From a virus (taxonomy: Duplodnaviria; Caudoviricetes), in the IMG/VR virus record IMGVR_UViG_3300024186_000013, positions 1 to 27,431 of that record: a stretch of DNA of 27,431 bases; one strand, given 5' to 3'. The notes under the pieces were generated by a model, which did not search any database, was not told the DNA's origin, and saw only the letters and a list, made by a program, of their open reading frames with translations. The translations under genes were made by a program, and so were the position numbers. Shown in pieces: positions 8,129 to 18,547 of the stretch (positions are counted from its first letter, which is position 1; each line of letters starts with the position of its first letter).

Positions 8129-8658
8129 GCAGCGTGCGCGGGTTCAAGATGCTGCTGCACCGGCGGAAGATGACGATCAATCGTCTCGCGAAACTGGCCG
8201 GGGTGGGGCGATCGCATTTGAGCCAGGTGTTGAACGGCGTGAAGGGCCGGGGCGGGCAGACGCGGCGAAAGGTGGCGCCATTGTTGACGGCGGAGGAACT
8301 GACGAAGCTGGGATGGGATCACGATGGAAACGTTTCGACTGCTAGCGCAGGCCACTGCGCCACCTCGGCGGGTGGCGCAAAGAGAAATTTCCCGGAAAGG
8401 GCGGCGCGAGGTGTGCCTCTCGCAGCGGCGGCCCGGAATACGGGAGGCGCGACTCAAGAGATAGACGCCGGAATGGCAACTGTGCCGGCGGAACAGTCCA
8501 GGAGGCGAGGTATAGGCGCCGAAAGGGGTGAAATCCTTAAGGGGTCGCGTTCTAAAACGGAGGGAACAGGAAAAGCTCCAGCAAGCGGGAGCACTCCATA
8601 CGCTTCGCGAGGTATGACGATTTTGGATCTGGAGAAAAACCAACACACAAACCAATGA
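8125..8658 (+). CDS. XRE-family HTH protein with repeat-derived C-terminal tail
   Basis: MTINRLAKLAGVGRSHLSQVLNG HTH; SD AAGGAG upstream of ATG 8125. Confidence 0.7.
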   Translation: MSSVRGFKMLLHRRKMTINRLAKLAGVGRSHLSQVLNGVKGRGGQTRRKVAPLLTAEELTKLGWDHDGNVSTASAGHCATSAGGAKRNFPERAARGVPLAAAARNTGGATQEIDAGMATVPAEQSRRRGIGAERGEILKGSRSKTEGTGKAPASGSTPYASRGMTILDLEKNQHTNQ

Positions 8659-8672
8659 AAGGAACAGGGAAA

Positions 8673-9392
<720 letters not shown>

Positions 9393-9411
9393 AACAAATG
9401 TTCCAATTTTT

Positions 9412-9606
9412 ATGAGGCGAGTTCGAATGGATGGAAGACCGCTAAATGCGGCCAGCGAAGGCATGGTCGTGCCGAGGGGAACATTCACCTCAGCCAAGGC
9501 CGGCCTGGAGGAATTTTTTCGCCGCCGGGGCATGAAAGTCGGCACCAAGAAGCGAACGGCTGCCGAGCTGAGACGGATCCGCCGAGGGGATCGGGGCGCG
9601 ATATGA
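9412..9606 (+). CDS. Small basic hypothetical protein
   Basis: ATG 9412; stop overlaps the next ATG (ATGA). Confidence 0.45.
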   Translation: MRRVRMDGRPLNAASEGMVVPRGTFTSAKAGLEEFFRRRGMKVGTKKRTAAELRRIRRGDRGAI

Positions 9607-9983
9607 GCCTGGCCCTCCAACTCGAGACCGAAGACCAAGCGAAAGCGAGGTGCCGCGTCGCAGTGGCGAGGACGTGGGAGGCCGACGAGATCGCCCGCGG
9701 GGACGACCGGCCGGGCCTACACCGCGAGCACGTCTTCGACCTCGAAGAAGGAATCCGGGTGATCGCCGCACGCGAACATTCGAGCGAACTGAAACTAACG
9801 ATCCTTCACGCCTCTTTCAGCGTGCAAAACGCCGAACTGGCGAAACAGATCGGCGCAGAGGGCTTCTTTAATCGATGCCAGGAACTGTTCCGAGAATTTT
9901 TCGACCGGATCCCGGACAAAAAAGCAGTGGTGACACGCGCGGGGATCGTGCACCTCTTCTGCGAACTGGAAAAGGATCGATGA
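9603..9983 (+). CDS. Hypothetical phage protein
   Basis: 126 aa; ATGA overlaps at both ends. Confidence 0.65.
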   Translation: MSLALQLETEDQAKARCRVAVARTWEADEIARGDDRPGLHREHVFDLEEGIRVIAAREHSSELKLTILHASFSVQNAELAKQIGAEGFFNRCQELFREFFDRIPDKKAVVTRAGIVHLFCELEKDR

Positions 9984-10615
9984 GCCTAGCCGCCAAATGC
10001 CTCGAAGCGGCCAGCGCGCAGGACGTGGAAAGCGGTGAGTCCGGCCTCTGGTCGATAGACAAGCTGCCAATCAGCAACCCGGAGGGTCTGACGACTGACG
10101 GCCCGAAGGGGGAAGAGATTCACCTGCCGGAAGGGGTTTATACAAACCTGTGGCGGTGGACGACGGCAACACTGCATCACGGTCGAGGCGAGTTGGTAAT
10201 GCACGATTTCCCGAAGGAGCTGCGAAAGCATTTGCAGTTCATGCTGTCAGCGCACGGAAGGGTGCTAATCACGGGGCTGGGACTTGGATGTGTGGCCCGC
10301 GGCTGTCTCGCAAACCCGGCAGTGAAGCACGTGGTGGTGGTAGAGAAATCACCGGACGTGATGAGGCTGGTTGCGCGGTATATGCCGAGGAAGGGGCTGA
10401 CGATAGTGTTCGCGGATGCGCTGAGATGGTGCGCGCATAACACGAGGAGGTTTGATTGCGCCTGGCACGACCTCTGGAGTGATGAATCGGAAGGTGAGCC
10501 GCACCTGCAACTGCTGCACGCGGAGCTGATCAGAAAAATGATGGGGAAGGCCTCGTTCCAGGGCGCGTGGGAGCTTCCGCGCTGGTTCAGACGAACGGTG
10601 GAGGGCGTGATCTGA
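9980..10615 (+). CDS. Class I SAM-dependent methyltransferase (spermidine-synthase-like fold)
   Basis: RVLITGLGLG (motif I), VVVVEKSPDV (motif II), FADA, FDCAWHDLW. Confidence 0.8.
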   Translation: MSLAAKCLEAASAQDVESGESGLWSIDKLPISNPEGLTTDGPKGEEIHLPEGVYTNLWRWTTATLHHGRGELVMHDFPKELRKHLQFMLSAHGRVLITGLGLGCVARGCLANPAVKHVVVVEKSPDVMRLVARYMPRKGLTIVFADALRWCAHNTRRFDCAWHDLWSDESEGEPHLQLLHAELIRKMMGKASFQGAWELPRWFRRTVEGVI

Positions 10616-12741
10616 TGGACTGGACGGACGTCGAGAAAAAGTTGTGCGAGCGGGCCGAAGAGGTCTGCCGACACTTGCTGCCGCAAGGGAAGAAGGAGGG
10701 GGCGGAGTATGTGTGCGGCTCGACGGCGGGTGAACCGGGCAATTCGCTCAAGGTGAATCTGGCCGGGAAAGTCGGGCTCTGGAGCGATTTCGCGGCGAGC
10801 AAAGGGGGCAAGACGCTGATGTCGCTCTGGTGCTCGGTGCGGTCGAAAGATTTCAAGTTTTGCATCCGCGAGGCGAAAGCGTTTCTCGGGATCCGCGACG
10901 ATTTCGAAAAACGGTTTCACCGCCAGGGAGAACCATCCGGCGAAGGAAAACCAGACCCGGCCTCGCTCACCAATGTGAGGAAGCTCACGGGAGGATGCGG
11001 GGTGATGAACTTTCTGGTGGAGAGGCGCAAGCTCGATCCGATCGCGCTCGACGCCTACCGGGTGGGGCAGACCCTGGATGGGCGCGCGGTTGTCTACCCC
11101 TACTTCGCAACGGAGAGCGATCACGATGAAGAAGTGATCAGTAACCAATGGGCCAGTAATCAGCCGGAAACTGAAATTGTGAAGCCGAGCTGGCTGAAGT
11201 TTGAGGCGCTGGAACGAAAAGAGGGAAAGAAAGTGGAATGGACGACGCGGGGTCCGGCGAAGTGTTTGTTCGGCAAGAATGCCGTTCCGCTCAAATCGCG
11301 CGAGCTGATCATCACGGAGGGGGAGAAGGACGCGCTCGCGTGGGCAACCTACGGAATGCCTGCGGTGAGTGTGCCGTTCGGAGCGAAGTGGCGCGGCCAG
11401 GATAAGGGACGGCCGAGTCCGAACCGCGAATGGATCGACCGCGACCTGCCGTGGCTGGAAAATTTTGAAACGATTTTCGTGTGCATGGACATGGACGGGC
11501 CGGGGCAACGGGCGGCGATGGATATCATCAACGAGATCGGACCGAGGCGCTGCCGTCTCGTGTCTTTACAGACGGTCACCGCGGCACACTCGGCGGGTGC
11601 CGCAGGGAAGGTTTTCAAGGATGCGAACGATTGTTTGATGGCAGAGGTGCCGGTGGAGGCGATGCGGCAATGCCTGGCTGACGCGAAGGAGTTTGCGCCG
11701 GAGCGAGTGCACAACGCGATGGAATATGAGCAGGAATTTTTCGAGGAATGGTTCACCGGGCACGAAGAAGCCGGCCTGCAGATGCCGATCAATTTTCCGT
11801 TCCGGGTGCGGTCGAGCGAGCTGACGGTCTGGAGCGGATTCAGCGGGCACGGCAAAACGAAGTTCCTCAATCAGACAATTTGTTGCCTGGCTGCGCAAGG
11901 GGAGCGGTGCTGCATCGCGAGCATGGAAACGCGGACGCGAACGACGTTGTATCACATCTCACGGCAGGCGTATGGGGCAGCGATTTGGGATAAGCGACGG
12001 AAACCGCCCTTGGCCGAAGAGCACGATCAAGATCAAGGAGCAAGAGCAAGACGGGAGGCTGCGCGCGAGCACCATGAGAGGGCGGAGAGGCAGGCGAGGG
12101 CGGAAGGGTGGCGAGTGTTGCGGTGGCTGGGAGAGCGGCTTTGGTTCTACGATCATGTGGGGATCGTGCCGTGGCGGCAGTTGCTGGACGATTTCCGCTG
12201 GGTGCGCCGGCGTTATGGGGTGACGCAATTTGTGGTGGATTCGCTGATGCGGTGCGGATTGATGGAGGATGATTACGCCGGGCAAGCAGAGTTCGTGACG
12301 GCGTTTGCATCGTTCTGCATGGATCTGAATGTGCACGGGCATCTGGTGGCGCATCGAAAGAAAAATGAACGAGGCGAGCGTAATTTTGGGGATGGGGACA
12401 AGAGCGTCGTCGCCGGCAGCGAGAAGATCGTGGCCAACGCGCATAACGTGGTGGAGATCTGGCGGAACGTGCTGCGCGCGCAAAAACTTTCCGAACTGGA
12501 AGACCAGGCGCGGGTGGGATTGAAGAAGGCGGAGGAAGCGGCAGCGGAACGGAAGAAACTGTGCGCGCTGCCGGGCGGCAAGTTCATGATGCGCAAACAG
12601 CGCGAAGGAGAAGTGCAGGACGGCAGCCGGATGCTCTGGTTCCTGCAGGAGAGCTTTCAATTTACAGATTTCCCACCGGATCACACCGAGCATCGGAGCG
12701 TGAACTATGTGGGAGAGGAAAAGTTAGAAAACCAAAACTGA
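10615..12741 (+). CDS. Bifunctional DNA primase (TOPRIM) / DnaB-like SF4 helicase
   Basis: IITEGEKD and DMDGPG TOPRIM motifs, KDAND, Walker A GFSGHGKT, FVVDSL Walker B, HLVAH, GSEKI. Confidence 0.9.
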   Translation: MDWTDVEKKLCERAEEVCRHLLPQGKKEGAEYVCGSTAGEPGNSLKVNLAGKVGLWSDFAASKGGKTLMSLWCSVRSKDFKFCIREAKAFLGIRDDFEKRFHRQGEPSGEGKPDPASLTNVRKLTGGCGVMNFLVERRKLDPIALDAYRVGQTLDGRAVVYPYFATESDHDEEVISNQWASNQPETEIVKPSWLKFEALERKEGKKVEWTTRGPAKCLFGKNAVPLKSRELIITEGEKDALAWATYGMPAVSVPFGAKWRGQDKGRPSPNREWIDRDLPWLENFETIFVCMDMDGPGQRAAMDIINEIGPRRCRLVSLQTVTAAHSAGAAGKVFKDANDCLMAEVPVEAMRQCLADAKEFAPERVHNAMEYEQEFFEEWFTGHEEAGLQMPINFPFRVRSSELTVWSGFSGHGKTKFLNQTICCLAAQGERCCIASMETRTRTTLYHISRQAYGAAIWDKRRKPPLAEEHDQDQGARARREAAREHHERAERQARAEGWRVLRWLGERLWFYDHVGIVPWRQLLDDFRWVRRRYGVTQFVVDSLMRCGLMEDDYAGQAEFVTAFASFCMDLNVHGHLVAHRKKNERGERNFGDGDKSVVAGSEKIVANAHNVVEIWRNVLRAQKLSELEDQARVGLKKAEEAAAERKKLCALPGGKFMMRKQREGEVQDGSRMLWFLQESFQFTDFPPDHTEHRSVNYVGEEKLENQN

Positions 12742-12757
12742 AAAGGAACAGGGTTAA

Positions 12758-13030
12758 ATGAACGCACCAGAAAAAGGAAACTACGTAACCGACGGAATCA
12801 AGGCGCCGCGCGATCGAGATGAAACCTGCAACGAGGCGTGCCGCGAGCACGCTCAGAGCCTGCTGAAGCGCCGGATCAACGAATACCGCGAGATTGCCCA
12901 GTCCGCCTCGCGGACGGCGATGGAGCTGGAGGAACTCGCCAACCAATTGCCGGCACGGCTGTCGGCGCCTGCGGAAGCGGCGCTGTATCACCTGATGAGC
13001 CGGATGGACCGGCCGAAAGGACTGCTGTGA
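12758..13030 (+). CDS. Hypothetical phage protein
   Basis: 90 aa helical protein; GTGA overlap with the parB-like gene. Confidence 0.6.
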   Translation: MNAPEKGNYVTDGIKAPRDRDETCNEACREHAQSLLKRRINEYREIAQSASRTAMELEELANQLPARLSAPAEAALYHLMSRMDRPKGLL

Positions 13031-14715
13031 GCGCCACGAGTGGAAACGTTTCGACGGTGGCAGTGGCGAAGGACGGCAAATCAACGCTTGGCGCGGCGGC
13101 GGCCGGAAAAGCTCCAGCAAGCGGGAGCACTCCAAACGCTGCGCGAGGTTTGGATGCAACGTTGTTGAGGGTGGCGGTTTCGAAGGTGCGGCCGAGTGTC
13201 GTCTGCCCGAACCCGCGGAAACATTTCGACGGGGAGGCGATGAACGAGCTGGTGGCCAGTGTGAAGTCGGTGGGAATTCTGCAGCCACCGCTGGTGAGGA
13301 AGAGCACGAGCAAGGATCAAGAGCAAGAGTATGAGCTTGTGGCGGGGGAGCGGCGCTGGCGCGCGGCGAAAGCGGCGAAGCTGGCCGAAATCCCGATCCT
13401 GGTGGCGGAGCTGACGGACAGTGAAGTGGTGGAGATGCAGCATATCGAAAATCTGCAGCGGGAAGGACTGAGCCCGATCGAGGAAGCGGAAAGTTTTGCG
13501 AAGTTGATCGGGAGCGGAAAGTACACGGCGGAGAGTTTAGCGGCAAAGCTGGGGATCGATCGGACGACGATTTTCAACCGGCTGAAACTGACTCGGCTGC
13601 AGAAGCCGGTGCGGGAAGCGCTGGAGAAGAAGCTGATCGAGCCGATGATCGCGACCCTGCTGGCGCGAATCCCGGACCCGCAACTGCAAGAGAAATGCCT
13701 CAAGGAAGCGTTGAAAGGGGATTGGCGCAGCGAAAGCCAGCCGTTCTCATTCCGCGATCTGCGCCGGCATATCGAGGAGCATTATCAGCGCGATCTGAAG
13801 GAGGCGAAGTGGAATCTGAACCGGGTGATGGAAAAGCCGGGCGATTCATGCGAGGCCTGCCCGCGCCGGAGCGGGAATATGCTGGAGCAATTCCCGGAGT
13901 TTAAAGGAAGCGCGAATTTGTGCACGGACCTGAAGTGTTTCGCGCGCAAATTGGAATGGGCCAGCAACGAGAAGCTGGAGGCCGCGAAACGGAACGGGCA
14001 AAAGACGATGACGGCGGCGGAGTTCGAGAAAAAGCGATGGCACCTCCAGGACTTGGGCTTGAAGGATCACAGCCGCAACGGAAGTCCGACGTTGAAAAGT
14101 TTGATCGGGCCGGAGCAGGCGAAGAAGGCAATCATCGCAGTGGACGAGGAAGGAGAGGTGCACGAGCTGATGGCGCGTGAGGACCTGGCCGCGGCGTTAA
14201 AGGCGGCCGGAGTGAAGCCGGCAGGGGCCTCTAGCGGGAGCGGGGATGCGCAGCAGGCATTGGCGCGCAAGGAGGCATTGATCGAATCGCAGGCACGGGA
14301 GCAGGCAATCTTGACGATTCGCGACAAGGCGCGAAATGCGAGCGGGCCGGCGTTCTGGGAATTGCTGGCGCGAATGGCGTGCCGGGCGGCGCACTGGGAC
14401 TCAGTGCGTCCAGCCCTGAAGGCGCGGAAGCTGAAACGCGAAGAGGATGCTGACTACGACGACCGGTTCGAACCGCTCTTGGAAGCGGCAGAGGGAGAGG
14501 CGGGCCGTCGCGAGTTGGTGGTAGAGATCCTGGCGCGGGAAGCGTGGGGCAACAATCTGGAGAAAGCGTGCGAATGGGCAGGCGTGAAGCTCGGAGACCT
14601 GGTTAAGCAAATCAAGGCGGGGAAGAAAACGCCAAAGGTGGAACGCAAAGGCGCAAAGGCGCAGAGCCGCAAGGGGAAGAAACCGGAGGGTAAGAAGGGA
14701 AAGTGCAAAAGGTAA
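13027..14715 (+). CDS. parB: ParB/RepB/Spo0J family protein
   Basis: NPRKHFD, GILQPPLVR, ELVAGERRWRAA (CTP-binding arginine patch), ENLQREGLSPIEEA, HTH (AESLAAKLGIDRTTIFNRL), Cys cluster CxxC...CxxxxC. Confidence 0.9.
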   Translation: MSATSGNVSTVAVAKDGKSTLGAAAAGKAPASGSTPNAARGLDATLLRVAVSKVRPSVVCPNPRKHFDGEAMNELVASVKSVGILQPPLVRKSTSKDQEQEYELVAGERRWRAAKAAKLAEIPILVAELTDSEVVEMQHIENLQREGLSPIEEAESFAKLIGSGKYTAESLAAKLGIDRTTIFNRLKLTRLQKPVREALEKKLIEPMIATLLARIPDPQLQEKCLKEALKGDWRSESQPFSFRDLRRHIEEHYQRDLKEAKWNLNRVMEKPGDSCEACPRRSGNMLEQFPEFKGSANLCTDLKCFARKLEWASNEKLEAAKRNGQKTMTAAEFEKKRWHLQDLGLKDHSRNGSPTLKSLIGPEQAKKAIIAVDEEGEVHELMAREDLAAALKAAGVKPAGASSGSGDAQQALARKEALIESQAREQAILTIRDKARNASGPAFWELLARMACRAAHWDSVRPALKARKLKREEDADYDDRFEPLLEAAEGEAGRRELVVEILAREAWGNNLEKACEWAGVKLGDLVKQIKAGKKTPKVERKGAKAQSRKGKKPEGKKGKCKR

Positions 14716-14740
14716 GTGCGATTGCGCGTTTTGCCAGGGC

Positions 14741-14911
14741 GTGAAAACAGCTGATCCAAAATGGGGATTTGACCGGGCAAAGGTGCCTGGCGTCCGGTGC
14801 CTGATCTGCAACAAGCGGATCGGCAATGGAGCCTACGAGCTGGATACGGGCCTGGCGCGCTTCGGAACGATGTTTTTTATGCACGCGAAATGTGCGGCAA
14901 GGAGCAAATGA
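14741..14911 (+). CDS. Small Zn-finger protein (56 aa, not in ORF track)
   Basis: GTG start; MKTADPKWGFDRAKVPGVRCLICNKRIG...MHAKCAARSK*; CxxC...HxxC; ATGA overlap with the next gene. Confidence 0.55.
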   Translation: MKTADPKWGFDRAKVPGVRCLICNKRIGNGAYELDTGLARFGTMFFMHAKCAARSK

Positions 14912-15135
14912 AGGAAGCGGACCGGACGAGTTTGGTGGCGATTGAGCCGCAGGCCGGGCATTGCGGGATTTGCCGTGGGGTGCGGTTGTGCCGGATGGCG
15001 GATCAGGAGCTGGGGCGTCCGGTGTGCCCGGAGTGTTTTCCGGCAGTGGTGCTGGCAGACCGGGTGTTGTGGATCGCCGGATGGAAAGGGTACGGGATCT
15101 GCCGGCCGCAACCGGGGAAGCTGCTGGATAAGTGA
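14908..15135 (+). CDS. Small Cys-rich (Zn-finger) protein
   Basis: SD AAGGAG; CGIC...CPEC. Confidence 0.6.
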   Translation: MKEADRTSLVAIEPQAGHCGICRGVRLCRMADQELGRPVCPECFPAVVLADRVLWIAGWKGYGICRPQPGKLLDK

Positions 15136-15145
15136 AGGGAAAAGT

Positions 15146-15175
15146 GCCCGCGAATCACGCGAATTGACGCGAATG
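15146..15175 (+). repeat. ACGCGAAT-family intergenic repeat (copy 1 of 5)
   Basis: GCCCGCGAATCACGCGAATTGACGCGAATG; other copies at about 15499, 18032, 22365, 23173. Confidence 0.9.
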
Positions 15176-15194
15176 AATGAGCAGAAAGGAAAAA

Positions 15195-15509
15195 ATGGAC
15201 AGTGGAATTGAGGTGATCGCGCGTGAGCGTGAGCGGCAGATTCGGAAGGGCTTCGACGCCGAGCACGACAACGGCCACGATGGGTTTGAATTGACGCGCG
15301 CGGCGATGAGTTACGCCGCGGTTGTGGCAAGCCCGGACGAATCGTCGCCGGAAATGTGCCAGTCAAGAAGCACGGACGACTGGCCATGGGAGGACACAGA
15401 CTGGAATCCCAGCAATGATCCGATTCGGAATCTGGCAAGAGCTGGCGCTTTGATCGCGGCGGAGATCGATCGGCTGCAAAGAAAACGGGAAACCGTGAAC
15501 CGCGAATGA
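15195..15509 (+). CDS. Conserved hypothetical phage protein
   Basis: IARERERQI...EHD...WPW...W.P...RNLARAGALIAAEIDRL, a pattern common in phage proteins. Confidence 0.8.
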   Translation: MDSGIEVIARERERQIRKGFDAEHDNGHDGFELTRAAMSYAAVVASPDESSPEMCQSRSTDDWPWEDTDWNPSNDPIRNLARAGALIAAEIDRLQRKRETVNRE

Positions 15510-15541
15510 ACGCAAATTGACGCGAATAGAAAAGGAAAAAT

Positions 15542-16171
15542 ATGAATGTGAATGGATTGCTGGATTTTCGAGAGGAGTTAGTGAAACGGCACGCGGAGGA
15601 GCTCGCCGCGGTGGATCGGGTGGTGGCGTTAATGTCAGCGGGGATGGCATCGGCGCAGTTACCGCTGGAGGTAGCCGTGACGATGGATCGGGTTGAGAAA
15701 TTGAAGCGGGGAAAGCCAGGAAGGCCGTCGGGATTGACGCATGAAGCAGCGATGAAGGAGCAGGCTAAAGCCCGGACTACAAACGGACCGCCGAAGCTGA
15801 GCGGGAAGGAACGAATGCGCGGTGGGACGGGAAAGCTGAGTGACGCAATTCGCGAAGCGTGCCGAAAGTTGCCTGCCGGATTTTCGCGCGAGCAGGTGAG
15901 CGAAGGTCTCCCGCAACAGTGGCAGGACACAAATGGGAAATCGGCGACGTGCGTGAATTTGGTGGATATGGTCGCGCGCGGAGAATTGAGCCGGATCGGC
16001 CACGGGAGCGCGGCGCGATATACGGTGGTGCGGTTGAAAGAAACAAGGGCGGCGCATGGCCACGGGCTTCCGGCTAAAGCCGGGACTCCGAGCGAAAAGG
16101 AGAAGGCGTATCGGGAGTTGCGAGGTGAGATACGGGTCCCGCGGGAGTTGGACGACGCGGAGCCGAGTTAG
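15542..16171 (+). CDS. Hypothetical protein (possible C-terminal winged helix) with two REP-like inserts
   Basis: SD AAGGA; 209 aa. Confidence 0.65.
   Translation: MNVNGLLDFREELVKRHAEELAAVDRVVALMSAGMASAQLPLEVAVTMDRVEKLKRGKPGRPSGLTHEAAMKEQAKARTTNGPPKLSGKERMRGGTGKLSDAIREACRKLPAGFSREQVSEGLPQQWQDTNGKSATCVNLVDMVARGELSRIGHGSAARYTVVRLKETRAAHGHGLPAKAGTPSEKEKAYRELRGEIRVPRELDDAEPS
16063..16091 (-). repeat. REP-like hairpin (GTAG/GGAG type), representative of 6 copies
   Basis: CCGGCT(A/G)AAGCCGGGACT(C/A)C at about 15761, 16070, 20490, 23637, 27096, 27365. Confidence 0.85.
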
Positions 16172-16206
16172 AGCAAGATCAAGATCAGGATCAAGAGCAA
16201 GAGCAC

Positions 16207-18030
16207 GTGACGACGACCGAATTTAAGCCGACACCGCACCCGATTTTGGCGCTGCCGCGCCCGGAGCAGTTGCGGACGCTGGCGTTGACGAAAGGAGGGC
16301 GGGAGTGGCTGCAGCAATGGCTGACGGCGCGAGAGGAGAAGATCGCGCTGATGAAGTACGACCCGCTCCGGCATGGATGGGAGTTGACGGGGCAACCGCC
16401 GCCGAACTCGCCCTACGACTGGCGGCCTGTCTGGAAAGATGCAGACGAACTGCTGGCGACGCACAAAGACATTCTGTGCCTGGGAGGGAATCGGTCGGCG
16501 AAGTCGGAATGGGCGGCGAAGCGGTGCGTGGAGATGATGGTGAATAAGCCGGGGTCGATTGTGTGGTGCCTGGCGCTGACGAATGAGACATCGATCCGGG
16601 ATCAGCAACGGTTGATCTGGAAGTATCTGCCGCCGGAATGGAAGAGCGCGAAGCGGAGTCAGCAAACGCGAATCACTTTTTCGCCGAAGGATGGGTTCGC
16701 GGGGAGCGCGTTCACGGCGCCGAACGGGAGTGAGTGTTGGTTCAAGAATTATAAGCAGGACCGGGACACGATCGAGGGCGGGCAGGTGGATCTCTGGTGG
16801 GGTGACGAGCTGATTCCGGTGGATTGGGTGATCACGTTGCGGGGGCGAACGGTGGACCGAAAGGGAAAGGGGATCGTGACGTTCACGCCGGTGAATGGCT
16901 ACAACGCGACGGTGGGAGAGTATGTGACGGGAGCGACGGTGCGGGAATGGGTGGACTGTGAGCAGTTGCCGCAAGGGCAGCATTGGCCAGGGGGCGCGCC
17001 GGGCAAGATCCCGTATATCATGGATTGTCTGGACCCACAGTACGCGGTGATTTTTTTTCAGAGTAAGTGGAACCCGTTTATTGATTACGGGGAGTTGTTG
17101 AATTTGTGGAAGGGGCGCGGGCCGAAACAGATTTTGATCCGGCTGCATGGGGTGACGGATAAGAGCAGCGGGAATGTGTTCCCGCGGTTCCGGACGCATA
17201 ACATCGTGCCGGCGTCGAAGATTCCGAAAGAGGGAACCAACTACCGGATTCTGGATTTTGCGTGGCATCGGCGCTGGGCGATCATCTGGATGCGGGTGCT
17301 GGAAATCAAAGGCAAGAAACGGATCTACGTTTACCGGGAGTTTCCGGATTTCCCGACCTACGGCGAATGGGTGATCAACTCCGAGCAAAAGGACGGGGAC
17401 AAGGGGCCGGCGCAGGGAACGGATTCGTGGAGTATCAATGACTACAAACGGATGGTTTTGGCAAAAGAAGGATGGAGTGCTAGCGCACTGGCCACAGCGC
17501 TTCACTCGGCGGGAAGCGCGGGGAGAGGGAGCCGGGCAGAGGCGTCCCGGCGGTTTTGGGACGTGGACGATGAAGAGGAGGATTCGGCTGTTTTCAAAAC
17601 GCCGCCCGGTGTGGAGGAGATTTTCAAGAGCTACGGCGACTCGCGCTCCGGACATTTCGAAGCGATCGCACAGGAGGAAGGAACCTCATCGATCCTGCAA
17701 ATGCTCAACGAAGAGTCGGAAGGCCTGCCGCCGCTCTACGTGGAGGCGGCCGTGGGCGGACACGAGAAGATGTTAATCCGCGAAGGCGTAACCGAAATCA
17801 ACAAGTGGCTCGAATACGACGAAGACAAACCAATCTCGATCCAGAACGAACCGATCCTCTATGTAAGCGAAGAATGCCAGAACACCATCGCCTGTATGAA
17901 ACTCTGGACCGGAGCGGCCGGGCTTAAAGGAGCGAGCAAAGATTTTATCGACCTGCTGCGGATGGCTGCGTTCATGAAGATCGAACATGTGCCGGCGGGA
18001 AGCCAGCTGGTGACGGGGGGGATGGGATGA
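16207..18030 (+). CDS. terL: Terminase large subunit
   Basis: Walker A GGNRSAKS, Walker B LWWGDE, motif C TFTP, RNase H-like nuclease domain (ILDFA..., KDFIDLLR). Confidence 0.9.
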   Translation: MTTTEFKPTPHPILALPRPEQLRTLALTKGGREWLQQWLTAREEKIALMKYDPLRHGWELTGQPPPNSPYDWRPVWKDADELLATHKDILCLGGNRSAKSEWAAKRCVEMMVNKPGSIVWCLALTNETSIRDQQRLIWKYLPPEWKSAKRSQQTRITFSPKDGFAGSAFTAPNGSECWFKNYKQDRDTIEGGQVDLWWGDELIPVDWVITLRGRTVDRKGKGIVTFTPVNGYNATVGEYVTGATVREWVDCEQLPQGQHWPGGAPGKIPYIMDCLDPQYAVIFFQSKWNPFIDYGELLNLWKGRGPKQILIRLHGVTDKSSGNVFPRFRTHNIVPASKIPKEGTNYRILDFAWHRRWAIIWMRVLEIKGKKRIYVYREFPDFPTYGEWVINSEQKDGDKGPAQGTDSWSINDYKRMVLAKEGWSASALATALHSAGSAGRGSRAEASRRFWDVDDEEEDSAVFKTPPGVEEIFKSYGDSRSGHFEAIAQEEGTSSILQMLNEESEGLPPLYVEAAVGGHEKMLIREGVTEINKWLEYDEDKPISIQNEPILYVSEECQNTIACMKLWTGAAGLKGASKDFIDLLRMAAFMKIEHVPAGSQLVTGGMG

Positions 18031-18078
18031 GGCCCGCGAATCACGCGAATTGACGCGAATGCAGAGAAAGGAAAATGG

Positions 18079-18318
18079 ATGAAACCGGTCAATCGATTGG
18101 CGGCGCGGCGTAAAGAAGAGGCGGCACGCGCGAAGGAACTGCGCTGGGCGGGGATGCTCGTGGATGTGCGGCTTGACGATGGGAGCGTGCAAAGAACGAC
18201 GATCCGGCACGTGCCGTGGCAGCTTGGGCACGGTCAATGGGTGGTGGGGCTGGAGGGAATCAGCGGCGGCTACGATGTGCTGCGGGTGACGCCGGTCGCA
18301 GAAGAAAAGGCAAACTGA
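18079..18318 (+). CDS. Hypothetical phage protein
   Basis: SD AAGGA; 79 aa. Confidence 0.65.
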   Translation: MKPVNRLAARRKEEAARAKELRWAGMLVDVRLDDGSVQRTTIRHVPWQLGHGQWVVGLEGISGGYDVLRVTPVAEEKAN

Positions 18319-18543
18319 ATGGCGAACAAAACCATCAACGGAGAAGACCACGATTACCAACTAGAGCTGGCCCGCGCACTCGGGGCCTTCGAACGGCGAG
18401 TGGCCCTGGCCGGCGCGGCGCCGACCGAGGAGCCGTATGACGAGGAGCTGCGCGACATCGTCGACCGGGTCACCAGGCTCGCCTACACGGACGGCTTCGA
18501 AAAAGGGTGGAAGGCCTCACGCAAAATCAAACGGCTTAACTGA
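18319..18543 (+). CDS. Hypothetical phage protein
   Basis: Abuts the previous stop; 74 aa. Confidence 0.6.
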   Translation: MANKTINGEDHDYQLELARALGAFERRVALAGAAPTEEPYDEELRDIVDRVTRLAYTDGFEKGWKASRKIKRLN

Positions 18544-18547
18544 CGAG

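Noticed and set aside
13218-13227. GAAACATTTC as an eighth copy of the palindrome
   Set aside because: One mismatch and explained by the conserved ParB peptide RKHFD.
17472-17612. Intein in terminase (or in helicase/portal)
   Set aside because: Inserts are short (under about 50 aa) and lack the N-terminal Cys/Ser block and C-terminal His-Asn splice motifs.
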